Position numbers and translations under genes: made by a program. A DNA stretch of 64,000 nt from positions 25,753,233-25,817,232 of the forward strand of contig OZ316892.1 in the NCBI GenBank assembly GCA_973895155.1, read 5' to 3'. Each line of letters starts with the position of its first letter. Positions within the stretch are counted from its first letter, which is position 1. This DNA comes from Marsupella aquatica. Its lineage: Eukaryota; Plantae; Marchantiophyta. The notes under the pieces are model-generated. The model had not been told where the DNA came from and searched no databases. It was given only the letters and a program-made list of their open reading frames with translations. Below are positions 25,103 through 40,472 of the stretch, one piece after another.

Positions 25103-25777
25103 ATGCCGACAAGGACTTCAAACATAAAGAAAGCAACACAGTCCTCTGACAGAGGAGCCTCTTTGGAAGAGGTATTGCGTATTCCGTTGTTCTCTGAGCA
25201 AGAGATTCTACAAACTAGCCCTCATGTTTGTGCAATTTGTGAGCATGGTGGGAAGTTGGTAATTTGTGATGGGCCATGTCACAGGCAATTTCATTATGTG
25301 GTTGGAGATGAAGCCCCTAATGACTCTTGCCCCTGTGTAGTCCTTCCCCTCCATCATGGAGGGAAGCCATGGTTTTGCCCAAATTGTAACCAGGACCAGG
25401 CCATGTGTTATGGGTGCCGCACTGTGGGACCGTCACCTACAATTGTGCGAAAATGCTCTGATCGTTTTTGTGTACGATTTTATTGCTTTGGGTGTTTGGT
25501 AGCTGATGCAAAGTCCTGCCCACTGCATACATGTGTGACATGTTATCAGAGTCTTGAGGGTCAGATGGTCAAGAACATGGTACAATGTCTACGATGTCCA
25601 AATGCCTGGCATACAGATTGTCTCCAGATGATCAAAAGCAAAGGGTTCGCTCATGATAGGGACATCTGGGACCATGAAGCACATGGACAACAGCGACAGA
25701 TGTTTTATTGCCCCCGTCATCCTATTGATCCACACCTCAAGACTCCAATCAGGGACCACATTTCATGGCTCCAATGA
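25103..25777 (+). CDS. Stand-alone EDM2/NSD-type multi-PHD finger protein (224 aa) carried by the transposon
   Basis: CAICEHGGKLVICDGPCHRQFH, WFCPNC..CYGC, CPLHTCVTC, CLRCPNAWHTDCL, YCPRHPIDPHLKTPIRDHI; intact intronless ORF preceded by a TTGCAG acceptor. Confidence 0.85.
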   Translation: MPTRTSNIKKATQSSDRGASLEEVLRIPLFSEQEILQTSPHVCAICEHGGKLVICDGPCHRQFHYVVGDEAPNDSCPCVVLPLHHGGKPWFCPNCNQDQAMCYGCRTVGPSPTIVRKCSDRFCVRFYCFGCLVADAKSCPLHTCVTCYQSLEGQMVKNMVQCLRCPNAWHTDCLQMIKSKGFAHDRDIWDHEAHGQQRQMFYCPRHPIDPHLKTPIRDHISWLQ

Positions 25778-26272
25778 TCTGAATAATGAACAAACCTATT
25801 ACTTAGGTTTCAACGTCTTAGTGGGGTATGAGCAAGGCACATACTTAAGGTGCATCATGGGTGGTAGTACCCAATTTTATTAGTGTTGACATTTTGTCAT
25901 AATTAAGGTCACTAATAGTGCTGCATTTTGATGAGCAGAAGCACTAAACTTCGGGAATTGTTAGAAAAGCAGGCGAAAAGGATATTTTGTCCAAAGATAT
26001 TTTATCCAACTTTAGCGGTATATCATGATTTTCACTGAATACATTTGCATGTATGATGGATTGCATTATAAAGTGTTTTGGCCTATTAGCACTTCTATTG
26101 TTAAATGTATGCTGACATTATGTACATTACATGAGAATGTGTATGTTGTCATTGCATCTCTTGAAGATCCTAATGTGTTTCCCTTGTGTGTATTTCAAAT
26201 GTATTTGTGCAGGTCTTTCTGTTATCAACTCCAAAAGCAATGGTGCTATGCATGTTCTAGATTTGTATTGCA

Positions 26273-29200
26273 ATGGCAGCCCCTAAACCCAACTCTGTTA
26301 AATTAATACGCAAAGTTGGGGATGACAAGGCTGATTTACCAATTTGTGTTTTGTCATTCAAAGAAGGACACACCCTACATGATTTTAGGGCTCGTATTGC
26401 CTCTACTCTAGACTTTGACTTTGATTTTTGGGATGAGAGACTTCCTGGTCGAGTGAAACTTGTACATGAGAAATTAATTGATCTGTCTGAGCTGGATGGA
26501 AGAGTTATTGTTGTACAACAAGAACTTGGAGATGGTGGGAGGATCCCACCAGTACCCTGTCATCCTTGCACTCCTGCATCATTGGGTCCAAATACTGGGA
26601 CACCACAACTGGGGCCAACGGCACTAGCACCCTCCCCTGTAAGGGCTTCTTTTGAGTCACAATTGATGGGAGTAATAGGACTCGAGCTATTGCTCAGGCT
26701 ATGTTCCAATTTGGGGGCCGTCAAGTTGCTCATTGTTTTGCACGAAACTTGACAGCCCCTAGCCTTGTGACCCTAAAACGTGATAGAGCAAAACTCACAC
26801 CTTTTCGAACCGGGTTACGGAAGGAAACCTTTCAGGAGATTGCTAGAGTGTTGTCTGCTGCAAAGCACTCATTGGGCATTGAGGGGGATGTGCCTGTTAT
26901 CTTTGCTGAGGATGAAACAAGGATCAAAGAACGCCCTAGGTAATTGGAACTGGACATTTTTCCAATTGTTTTTTTAATGACTTTACAAGTAGCACTTGGC
27001 TGGAATTGCTGTGATATTGAAAAATTGCATGTCTGTGTTTCAGGTGGGAGGCAAAGTATGATACTCTCATTGGTTTCTGTGGACCTTCAGAGCAGCATGT
27101 ATGCTCCTATGGTTTGGAAATTCTAGTTGGTGAAGGTGATGAGGGGTATGATAAAATTGTAAGTACATTTGAACAATGCCCCAAGTGCATGTATGCCCGA
27201 GTTGTGATTGTGAATCCTCTGCATGAGTCCTTACCTAAATTGGCTGTGTGTGCACTTCCAACTTGTAATAAGTTCACAGCTTCTTGGGTACGAGAGCATT
27301 GGGTCCAGTTAAAGGCTTTTTGGGATGAATATTGTAGAGCTATGGTAGGCCCTTTGCTTGGACATGCTAGTGATGGTGATGCACGTCGCCGAAAGCTGAT
27401 GCTGGAAGATTACAGAGGGCAGAATGGATCATACCCAAGGTACGGAGTTGGGTGGGAAGGGTGGACATACTCTGTTTCAATTCTACCAAATGGAGATTTG
27501 TATGGCTTTGGTGACCAAGACCAACCTCATAATGGGAAAAAGATGATAAACCCCTTAGACAGAGTGTCTTCTTTACTGGTGCTAGGAGATCAACATGCAT
27601 CTTTATCTTATGTAGCTAATGTCTACAATCATTATCCAATTCATGAACATGGCATGGCTTGGGATGATGTGAATAGGACTGACCGGCAGAATTGGGCAGG
27701 TCCACAACGAATAGCAGCAAGAAGAGTGCAGCAATGTCTGAAAGATATGTATGAGAGGAGAGATGTACAACATGAACGAAGTTTAGGAACTCAGTTGTAC
27801 TTGGAGATTTGTGCAGATTACTTAGATATTTTCTTTTCTCCAGTTCATGATTTGAGGTCCCGTATTGTGTTAGCATCCAAGGTTTCATTCTTTCTACGTT
27901 TGTGGAGATTGTGGTTGAGGTTTGGTGACCATTCAGTGGGTGGGAACTTTGTAGCACACACTGAGAAAGACATGATGTCTATTCAAGCTTTTCATGATGT
28001 TAACATGTCATGTCATTTCATTGTGCTGTTAATTTGTGCCTTTCGAGATAAGTTCCCACATCTAGGTGTTCCCTTCCACTTGCTAGGTTCAGATTGTTGT
28101 GAGATTTTCTTCAGCAAGGTAGGAGGCATGAGTGGCCATGAGCGGAATTATGATTTTGGCTCTCTATTGGATAGTGCTGTTGGACTGAACCGGCTTGCTG
28201 CCCTAGAATATGGACCAGAAGGCTTGAAGATAGGTCGTTCACATAAGAAACAAGATCATGTATGGGGGAAGATTCATCCTATAGGGGAAGGGGAGGAAGC
28301 ACCAAATCTACTTGACTATTCTCTCATTGAGACTAATGAATTAGTGGTTGCAGCCCTTAAAGAAGGTTTTGTTGCTGCTAAGGATCTTATGCATCAATTG
28401 CAGATGTCTCCACGAAGTTCCTTACCAGCAGCTAGAAAGAGATGGTGGACATGTCCTTGGGTTGTGGAAAGTGAGACCTGGCCACTAGAGGTGGTTCTGA
28501 AGGAAGCAATTGTTTGCAATGATTCTGAGGAGCAAGTAGAGCACCAACCACCAGACATAGGTCCTCGCCCAACTGGAGATTTTCATGAATTGGAAGATCC
28601 TGAGGATGATCTGAATAGAATAGATGCATGGTTAACAGAACCAGATCCCATTGTTGTTCCTGAGATGCATTCAGATGATGTACACAGAGATGATATACAG
28701 TTTGATGTAGACCCCTCAGATGAGCTTGAGACATTAGGTCATGAAGTTCGGCATGTGTTTGGATCAGTTGTCCATGCTGTAACTAATGTACAGAATCGTA
28801 CCAAGGTAGTGCCTACTGTTACTTATGAAGGCAAGGTGATTTACAAATCCACTCTGGTAAGCCAGTTGGTAGGAAATCCGCATTTGTCAAAAGATAGGCT
28901 GACAAGGGTGAAACAAGTGCTATACTATAGTACTGGCAAGAGAAAAGTGCAAGAAGTCAATCCTAACTCATGTTTTGTTGATGTTGGCACTGATTGTGCA
29001 ATTGCATTTGAGTCTGATGATAGTCCTGCTCCAAGTACTAGATCTGGAAAAAGAAAGGGAGGAAAGAATAAGGTTGTGGTGGAGGCAATCTCAGCAGGTA
29101 AGAAATATTTTTGGTTGGGTCGGATTGTCCAAATGAGACAGAAGTATGGCAGTAGGTGGGGCAATTGTCGGTCACCAATTGATTTGATGGATAGGCCAAC

Positions 29201-29435
29201 TCCACTTGCAGGGCAATCAGGTAACATTTGTGAACTGTTGTTAAATTGGTATAGTCCTATTGGTAAGAGCAAAAGTGAATTCAGATATGATACCACTGAT
29301 TTGAAATGGATGGATATTGAAATGGTCATTGCTAGTGTTAGTTTAACCATGAAAGAAGGGGTTATGGATCGTATCTATGTGTTGGATCCAATAGATAGAC
29401 GTGCTTTGGATCAGTATCTTCAAACAATGGTATGA
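26273..29435 (+). CDS. P-element-like DDE transposase; intron 26940-27043; frame break near 26655-26670
   Basis: Splicing gives 876 aa from ATG 26701: FAEDETRIKERPR|WEAKYDTLIGFCG, GHASDGD, DQPHNGKKMINPL, DRQNWAGPQRI, GSDCCEIFFSKVGG. The upstream ORF 26273-26752 is probably the N-terminus in another frame. Confidence 0.8.
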
Positions 29436-29447
29436 ATATCATGTTAC

Positions 29448-29528
29448 TGTTTAGTTTTTGAGAGTCTGTATATATGTTTTATTTTGTTGTTTAGTTTTTG
29501 AGAGTCTGTATATATGTTTTATTTTGTT
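29448..29528. repeat. 39-bp T-rich tandem duplication after the transposase stop
   Basis: TGTTTAGTTTTTGAGAGTCTGTATATATGTTTTATTTTG x2. Confidence 0.9.
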
Positions 29529-29561
29529 AATATTAGTGGGTGTAGTGGGATAGGATAGGGG

Positions 29562-29621
29562 GTGACGGATTGGCAACTTGAGATCCTTTCTCAATTAGGG
29601 GTTCAATTCCCCTCCGTCACA
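29562..29621 (+). ncRNA. D-armless tRNA-like structure (60 nt)
   Basis: Acceptor GTGACGG/CCGTCAC; stem TTGAG-ATCCTTT-CTCAA; T arm AGGGG-TTCAATT-CCCCT; discriminator A. Confidence 0.55.
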
Positions 29622-30090
29622 TGTTACATCTCTCAACATAAGTTTTAAATGGAGTATGGATGGAGCATGGGATTGGTGATCAATGGGTGGAATGGATTAT
29701 TTATGTTGTGACCTTAAAGGCCATCCCACTTATGCACGTAAGGTTTATATTGGGATGACCTTTTAGGTACACAATATAAATGATGCATTAAAATGATCAA
29801 AGTTTAAGGTCGACAAAGGTGCAAGAACTGTTGCAGGGCGTGCCATGTCTGACATACGACTTCACAAGGTACTGACATAGACTTATCTTTTCTTTCTAGG
29901 CATTTTATATTGATATGTGACACTTTACTTCACAAATTATAGGGGCAATACAATTTGGATTTTAGACTCTTAGAAGAAAGAAAGAGGGAGGAAAAAAAAA
30001 TTTCAACTTAATAAGTATGGGGGTCTAGGCATGAAAACGTCGCAGGTGATGGGGGGGTCCTCCATATAGTGAGACCCCCGAGCTACTAAC

Positions 30091-31904
30091 AAAGTGCAAT
30101 CTCCTCCTCTAGAGGATTTAAGAGGAGAGGATGTGTCAAATGAAAGAATATGTTGACACTACTGTAAGGCAAAGCACACTACAATCAGATCAGCCAGAGT
30201 CTTCAGTGCGAAGAGGAACTCGTAAATGTCAAGCCCGGGAAAGGTATGGAACTTGGCTTCCTTCTGATCATGTGGATTTGGATGAAGAATCTATTGATGC
30301 ATTGGTGACAGAAGATGGAGATCCATCCTCATTTCAAGAGGTCCTAGCTTCTATGGAGAAGCAACAATGGCAGACGGCGATGCGCATGGAAATGAAATCA
30401 CTTCATGATAACAAGACTTGGGAACTCACATGTCTACCTAGTGACAAGCAGGCTGTTGACAGCAAGTGGGTGTATAGGAAGAAAGATGGACCCACGGAGG
30501 ATGCTGAGAAGATATTTAAGGCTCGGTTGGTAGCCAAGGGTTTTACTCAACAGAAAGGTATAGACTACAATGAGGTTTTTTCACCCGTAGCAAAGTATTC
30601 AACAATACGTTTGCTATGTGCTCTTGTAGTTTTATTTGATCTAGTTTTAGATCAAATGGATGTTGTCACGACATTCTTATATGGATCGTTGGATGAGATG
30701 ATTTACATGAGGCAACCAGAGGGTTTTATGCAAAAGGGCAAGGAAAATTTGGTATGCAGGTTGTTAAAATCCTTGTATGGATTAAAGCAGAGCCCAAGGC
30801 AGTGGAACAAGCGTTTTGATGAATTTTTGAAATCGCTTGGATTTGTGCAAAGCGTGTACAATCCATGTGTTTACATCAGGCGTGTAAACAACACAGGTTT
30901 TAAGCTTCATCCTTGTACTTTATGTGGATGACATGCTCATTGCAGCACAGGATAGGGGCAAAGTTGATAAGCTTAAGGCCCAACTTAGTTCTGAGTTTAA
31001 GATGAAGGATTTGGGCACAGCCAAGAGGATCCTAGGCATGAAGATTGTCAGGGATGTTAACAAAGCCAAACTTTGGCTGACACAGAAAAGATATGCAGAG
31101 AAGGTACTCTCAAAATTCAACATGGCAGATGCTAAGGCTGTGAGTGTTCCTTTGGCAAGGCATTTCAATATTTCTGCAGCATTTTGTCCATCGGATGTGA
31201 CAGAAAAAGGTTTGATGTCCAAAGTTCCTTATGAAAGTGTTGTGGGTAGTTTAATGTATCTCATGGTATGCACCCGACCAGACATAGCTTATGCCGTTAG
31301 CAAGGTAAGCAGATATATGGCAAATCCAGGAAAAGTTCATTGGGAAGCAGTGAAATGGATTTTGCGCTACATCAGAGGTTCCACTAAGAAGGGTTTATTG
31401 TTTGATGCAAGTTCAAACAATATGAAAGTGCTTCAAGGTTATGTGGATGCAGACTACGCAGGTGATCTGGATAAGAGAAGATCGACAACTGGATATGTAT
31501 TTACACTTGCTGGTGGATGCATTAGTTGGAAGTCTACTCTCCAAAAGTGTGTTGCAAAGTCTACTATGGATGCCGAGTATGTAGCGGCAACAGAAGCAGC
31601 ATCAGAGACCATTTGGTGGAAAAAGCTTGTCACGGAGATGGGCTTATCACAAGATTGTGTCTATCTTCATTGTGACAGTCAAAGTGCAATTTACACTGCC
31701 AAGAATCAGGTGATGGATGGCAGGGTAAAACACATTGATGTCCGCTATCATTTCATCCGACAGGCATTATCGGATGATGAGTTTGAGCTTGTCAAGATTG
31801 ATGGAAAGCTTAATCCAGCGGATGCTTTTACCAAAGTATTAGACTCCAATAGTTTTTCAAGGCATTGTAAATATAGAGTTAACCAAGAAAATGTCTCTAT
31901 ATGA
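30091..31904 (+). pseudogene. Copia reverse transcriptase and RNase H; frameshifts near 30143 and 30905
   Basis: KARLVAKG, QMDV, LYGLKQSPRQW, (LY)VDDMLI, DADYAGD, DAEYVA, CDSQSA, NPADAFTK. Confidence 0.93.
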
Positions 31905-32053
31905 GTACTCCATCCGATGGCTTATCGGCTACGGCTTAGTTCTAGTTAACCCTTGCATTAGGGGGAGGGTCTTTTGGCCCTACTGTCTTGAACTTCCCGC
32001 AGAGGAACTTGTAAGGAAAAGACAATGTTATGAACCCTCCCAAGACGTGAGTC

Positions 32054-32062
32054 AAGGGGGAG
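32054..32062 (+). promoter_or_regulatory. Polypurine tract
   Basis: AAGGGGGAG just before the 3' LTR. Confidence 0.85.
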
Positions 32063-32064
32063 TT

Positions 32065-32388
32065 TGTAGAGGTTAACTCAGTCTTGGGTTGAATTATGGT
32101 TAGTATATTAACTAGGGTTAGAGTAAACCCTAGTTGAAGAGATTGGTCCTTATCTCTTCAACTTGTATGTGGTGAGAGAACACACAAGAGAGTTCTCAAG
32201 AGAGAACACAATGATACAGCAAGAGATGAGAGCTTGAAGAGATGGGAGCTATGGTGATGCTTGAGTAGACACATAACCGTTAATAAAGTTTGGTCTTCTC
32301 GTGGACGTAGCCAACCTTGAAGCGAACCACGTAACTATTGAGCACGTGTATGTTTGGAGTGTATTTCCTGATCTGATTTCTCCCCACA
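32065..32388 (+). repeat. 3' LTR
   Basis: 324-bp near-identical copy of 18059-18382. Confidence 0.97.
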
Positions 32389-34675
32389 AAAGGTTGAGTT
32401 ACATCTACCGAGGCAGTACTAACCCACATACAAAATGGGAGTCAAGTTAGTAAAGAAATTTTGTTAGGGGAGATCTTAGTAAATTCCTTTGGGTTTATTT
32501 GTTGCTAGATGTTATATGCAGGAAGACAATTATAAGTTCACAAGCAAAAATGTATTGCGCCCTGGCGGTGGGCTTTTTTATTTTCTTACAACCCCTCTAG
32601 TCCCCTGCCTGCCTTTTCCAAGTCTTGCAACAAAGGGTTTCACTAGACCAGCTAAGCAACTCAGTTGGCAGGTTGTGGCCCTTATTTGAACTTAACTGTA
32701 ACCGCAATTGGCACACTAGTTTTCAGTGGCTCCTCACACGCTCTACCGAGACTCATCCTGCCTCAATCCCCCTTTTCTACCTGCACCCCAAAGTTCAGTT
32801 AGAGAATCAATACCAACACCCTCCATCAGGGCCTGACAGGCTTTTGACATTGTTTGTAGGAAGCAAATGTTTTTTCTTCTTGCACCAGTTCCTAGTATCC
32901 TGATATTTTTCCAGGATAGGTCACGGGAGGATATGAGACTGGCAAATAGAGCGTTATCTGCGAGCAACAAAACATTTTTGCCAGGCTTTACTATTCCTCC
33001 GTACCCTTCACAATATATGCTGCAACCATCATGTGCTTTGAGACAGGAGCAAGCCTGAATGGCAACAACCGGTGCATGACCATATTCTGTTTATGTGTGT
33101 GCCGGGGGGGGGGGGGGGGACAGCTCAATGATCCCAGCCTCCTTCGGTGTCCCTGAAAGGTCCATCTACCAGCCCGCAAATTGTAATCCTTTGTGGATGG
33201 TCTTACCAAGGTAACTATTGTAGTCCGCAAATTGTAATCCTATTGTGAATGGTCCAGTTTACCAAGGTAACTATTGTAGGGGTCAGAACTATATACGGAA
33301 ACCGTGACAGTTTTGTAAATACAAAAACAATAGTGGCAGTATTGTAAATTCAAATATGTTTAGTGACAATGTACTTAAAAGTTGTATTAGATAACTATGA
33401 TTTGCAATAGGGGCTTTACAAAAAGTGACAGGTCACTTGTGCTTTATCATATGTGATTCACAGGTCCATGTAGATTGCCTCCTCACCCCAAGATGTGATC
33501 ACCAGTGCATTTATAGTATGGACATCAAGTTCATGCATGTTTTGCAAGAAAATTAAATATTTTTACATTTTGAACTAAACACAATGCTGCAATGAGATTA
33601 ACTAGATTTCATAGTTACTTTATAAACTTTATTCCACACCGATTTATCATGTTTTACATCAAAATGTTTATTCTTAAAACTAGCCCAACTACCTCTCCTT
33701 TGAACATGAATAGAGGTGAGGATTAGAAATTGTTGACCCTCAATGACAGCAGCTGACAAAGTGCTGGCTGTTTCACCTTAGCCCTCCACCCTCAATGACA
33801 CCAGCTGACCTCTTCACAGGCGGCCCCTACTCCACCGACTCTCTTCACTCTCTTCACAGACGGGCCTATTTTAAAATGCGGCGCACTACTCCTGGCACTA
33901 CTCCACCCCCATCCCTAATATGATTATTGCCCCCAAAGTCAGGTCTACACGCAGGCTTCAGTCTAGACAGGCCTTCAAAGTAGCTTCACATTGTGATTTG
34001 ATATAAAATGCCCATTCTATAGAAATGATGATAAAAAATATCCTATATGATCATCATTTTGACCAATATCCAGGGTTATTGTCGTCACATACATTTAGAG
34101 ACACCTTACATCATTTTGATGTATATACCATCCACAGCTCTATCCATCTACATAGGATTGGTGGGGCCCTAGAGTCACAGTCTAGAGTCTTCACTCTCGA
34201 AGCCTAGACCCAACTCTAGCTTGTGATGGCACTTTATAATATAAGATTTGGATCCTATGAAAGGGTAATCCTATGAAAGGGCAATCAAGCTAGTTTGTTT
34301 GAAAAGTGATCTCCCAAGTTGTCAGCTTGGATAGGATCCCAAACTGCTCTTTGTGTGAAAGTAAAGCTCTTTCTAGCTCTAAAGATGCACCTTCCTCTCA
34401 AATTCAGTACATCCCATTCAAGCATGGGAACCCTATCCCAGCAAAAGGTTTGGGATGGAGATCTCATCCAATTCTATAGGTCAAATTATATCCGAGCTTA
34501 TGACTTGCAATCCACCTGTGTTGGAAAGTAGAAACGCAACCCAACGTTTACATATCTCTCAAACGTTGCATTAAAATGAGCTCACAAATGACGATGGTGC
34601 TTGAAAATGCGTCTGTAAAGGCTGTCTCAACTCACTTATGAGTGCAAGACATGAATACTCAGCTAACAACTGCAA

Positions 34676-39416
<4,741 letters not shown>

Positions 39417-40472
39417 TGTAGGCTCGTTGGCTTCTCCTGTACCCTATCTCCCCTATGAGATTCGAACGCTTCGGGATCTCTTCCCGGGAATCGTGCCTCG
39501 TTTGCTCTTTGAAACAGGAGCTGCACCGAAAAATGCAGTTTCAATTTCACCAGACGAAAAAATGTCTCAGAAATGAAAAGGAAGCTGGACATGAATATCA
39601 TAACCCAACGACGAGAAAATCGATGGTTGCCGAATGCTGAATGATCTTTACTCTTTCCGTTTCTCCGTTTTGATTGTTAACAAATGCAAGCAAGGATCGA
39701 TCGAGGTGCGTGTGCAGCTACACCTTCGCGTTCACTCAAAGAGAGTACTGAGATAAAACAATCCCACTTCCACATCGCGTCGTGAGCCTCGCTGACACTC
39801 ACAAGTGTAACTTGGCGCCTCTACAGTGCTACACTTTATCGCACTCTTACACTTACACCTGTAAGCATCTCGTCACCAGTAGCTCGTTTCATGAGCCTCA
39901 CGTTTCGAACAAAAGCCAAATCTCGGCAGTGTCCAATATGCACCACAAGCTCGCCTCACTCCCTCCTCAGGGGCGAGCATGCCATTGCATAGCCCCTCAT
40001 CTACTCAATTCAATCAACTCAACCCAACTTAACTTCGGCACAGCAGTCAGCCGAGATATTCTGGCTGCTCCGCTTGCTTAGTGACAATTGCTCTCAGCGG
40101 TGGGCACTGACGATGTTGCAGATATGAAATGCCAGTGAGAGAATTCGTGTAAGATTCTGGCCGTCCTGAATTTGCTCGGAGCTAGAAACTGAGGCTGCGA
40201 TCGTCGTCTTCTCCTTCTTTGACACACTCAAGATCTTAGGAGGTTTTTGGGAAGATAGAGTGAAAGATTGATTGAATGAATGTAGGCATGAATGAATGAT
40301 TGATTTTAGAAGAAGTCGTGGACGCACTCATAGAATCTGACCTTCAAAGGCTCTGGAATGGACAGGTTGGAGTTGAGTGACAGGTAGCAAGCGTTGCAGT
40401 TCCCTTCTTGGTTCTCTCCAGAACTTCTGGAGCTAAGGAATAGAGCCAGAGCGGTAAGGACAGAGGAATAAA

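Larger units (their letters stand above)
21781..30082 (+). mobile_element. 8,302-bp TIR DNA transposon with P-element-like transposase and PHD-finger cargo
   Basis: Perfect 15-bp TIRs CTCGGGGGTCTCACT (21781-21795) / AGTGAGACCCCCGAG (30068-30082); 8-bp TSD CTACTAAC (21773-21780, 30083-30090); copia frame continues across the empty site (DQFPTTN|KVQSPP). Confidence 0.95.
18059..32388 (+). mobile_element. Full-length Ty1/copia LTR retrotransposon, frameshifted and carrying a nested DNA transposon
   Basis: Two 324-bp TG..CA LTRs; 5-bp TSD AAAGG (18054-18058, 32389-32393); PBS, PPT; gag-PR-INT-RT-RH order. Confidence 0.97.
17731..32460. mobile_element. Old inverted-repeat (MITE/foldback) element, ~400 bp when reconstituted, split by the copia insertion
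   Basis: Left arm (~17731-17870) CCCCATTTTG..GGGTTAGTA..TGCCTC..TAACTCAAC..TGTCCTCATTGG..TATGG is the reverse complement of the right arm CCATA..CCAATGAGGACA (18036-18054) + TTGAGTTA..GAGGCAGTACTAACCC..CAAAATGGG (32394-32460). Confidence 0.65.

Noticed and set aside
28925-29350. 141-aa minus-strand ORF and other antisense ORFs overlapping genes
   Set aside because: Shadow ORFs of the real coding strand.
26701-29435. Assigning the nested element to hAT because of its 8-bp TSD
   Set aside because: No BED finger, no TRWNS motif and no hAT dimerisation motif (ERxFS); the TIR does not start (C/T)A. Motif spacing fits P-like better.
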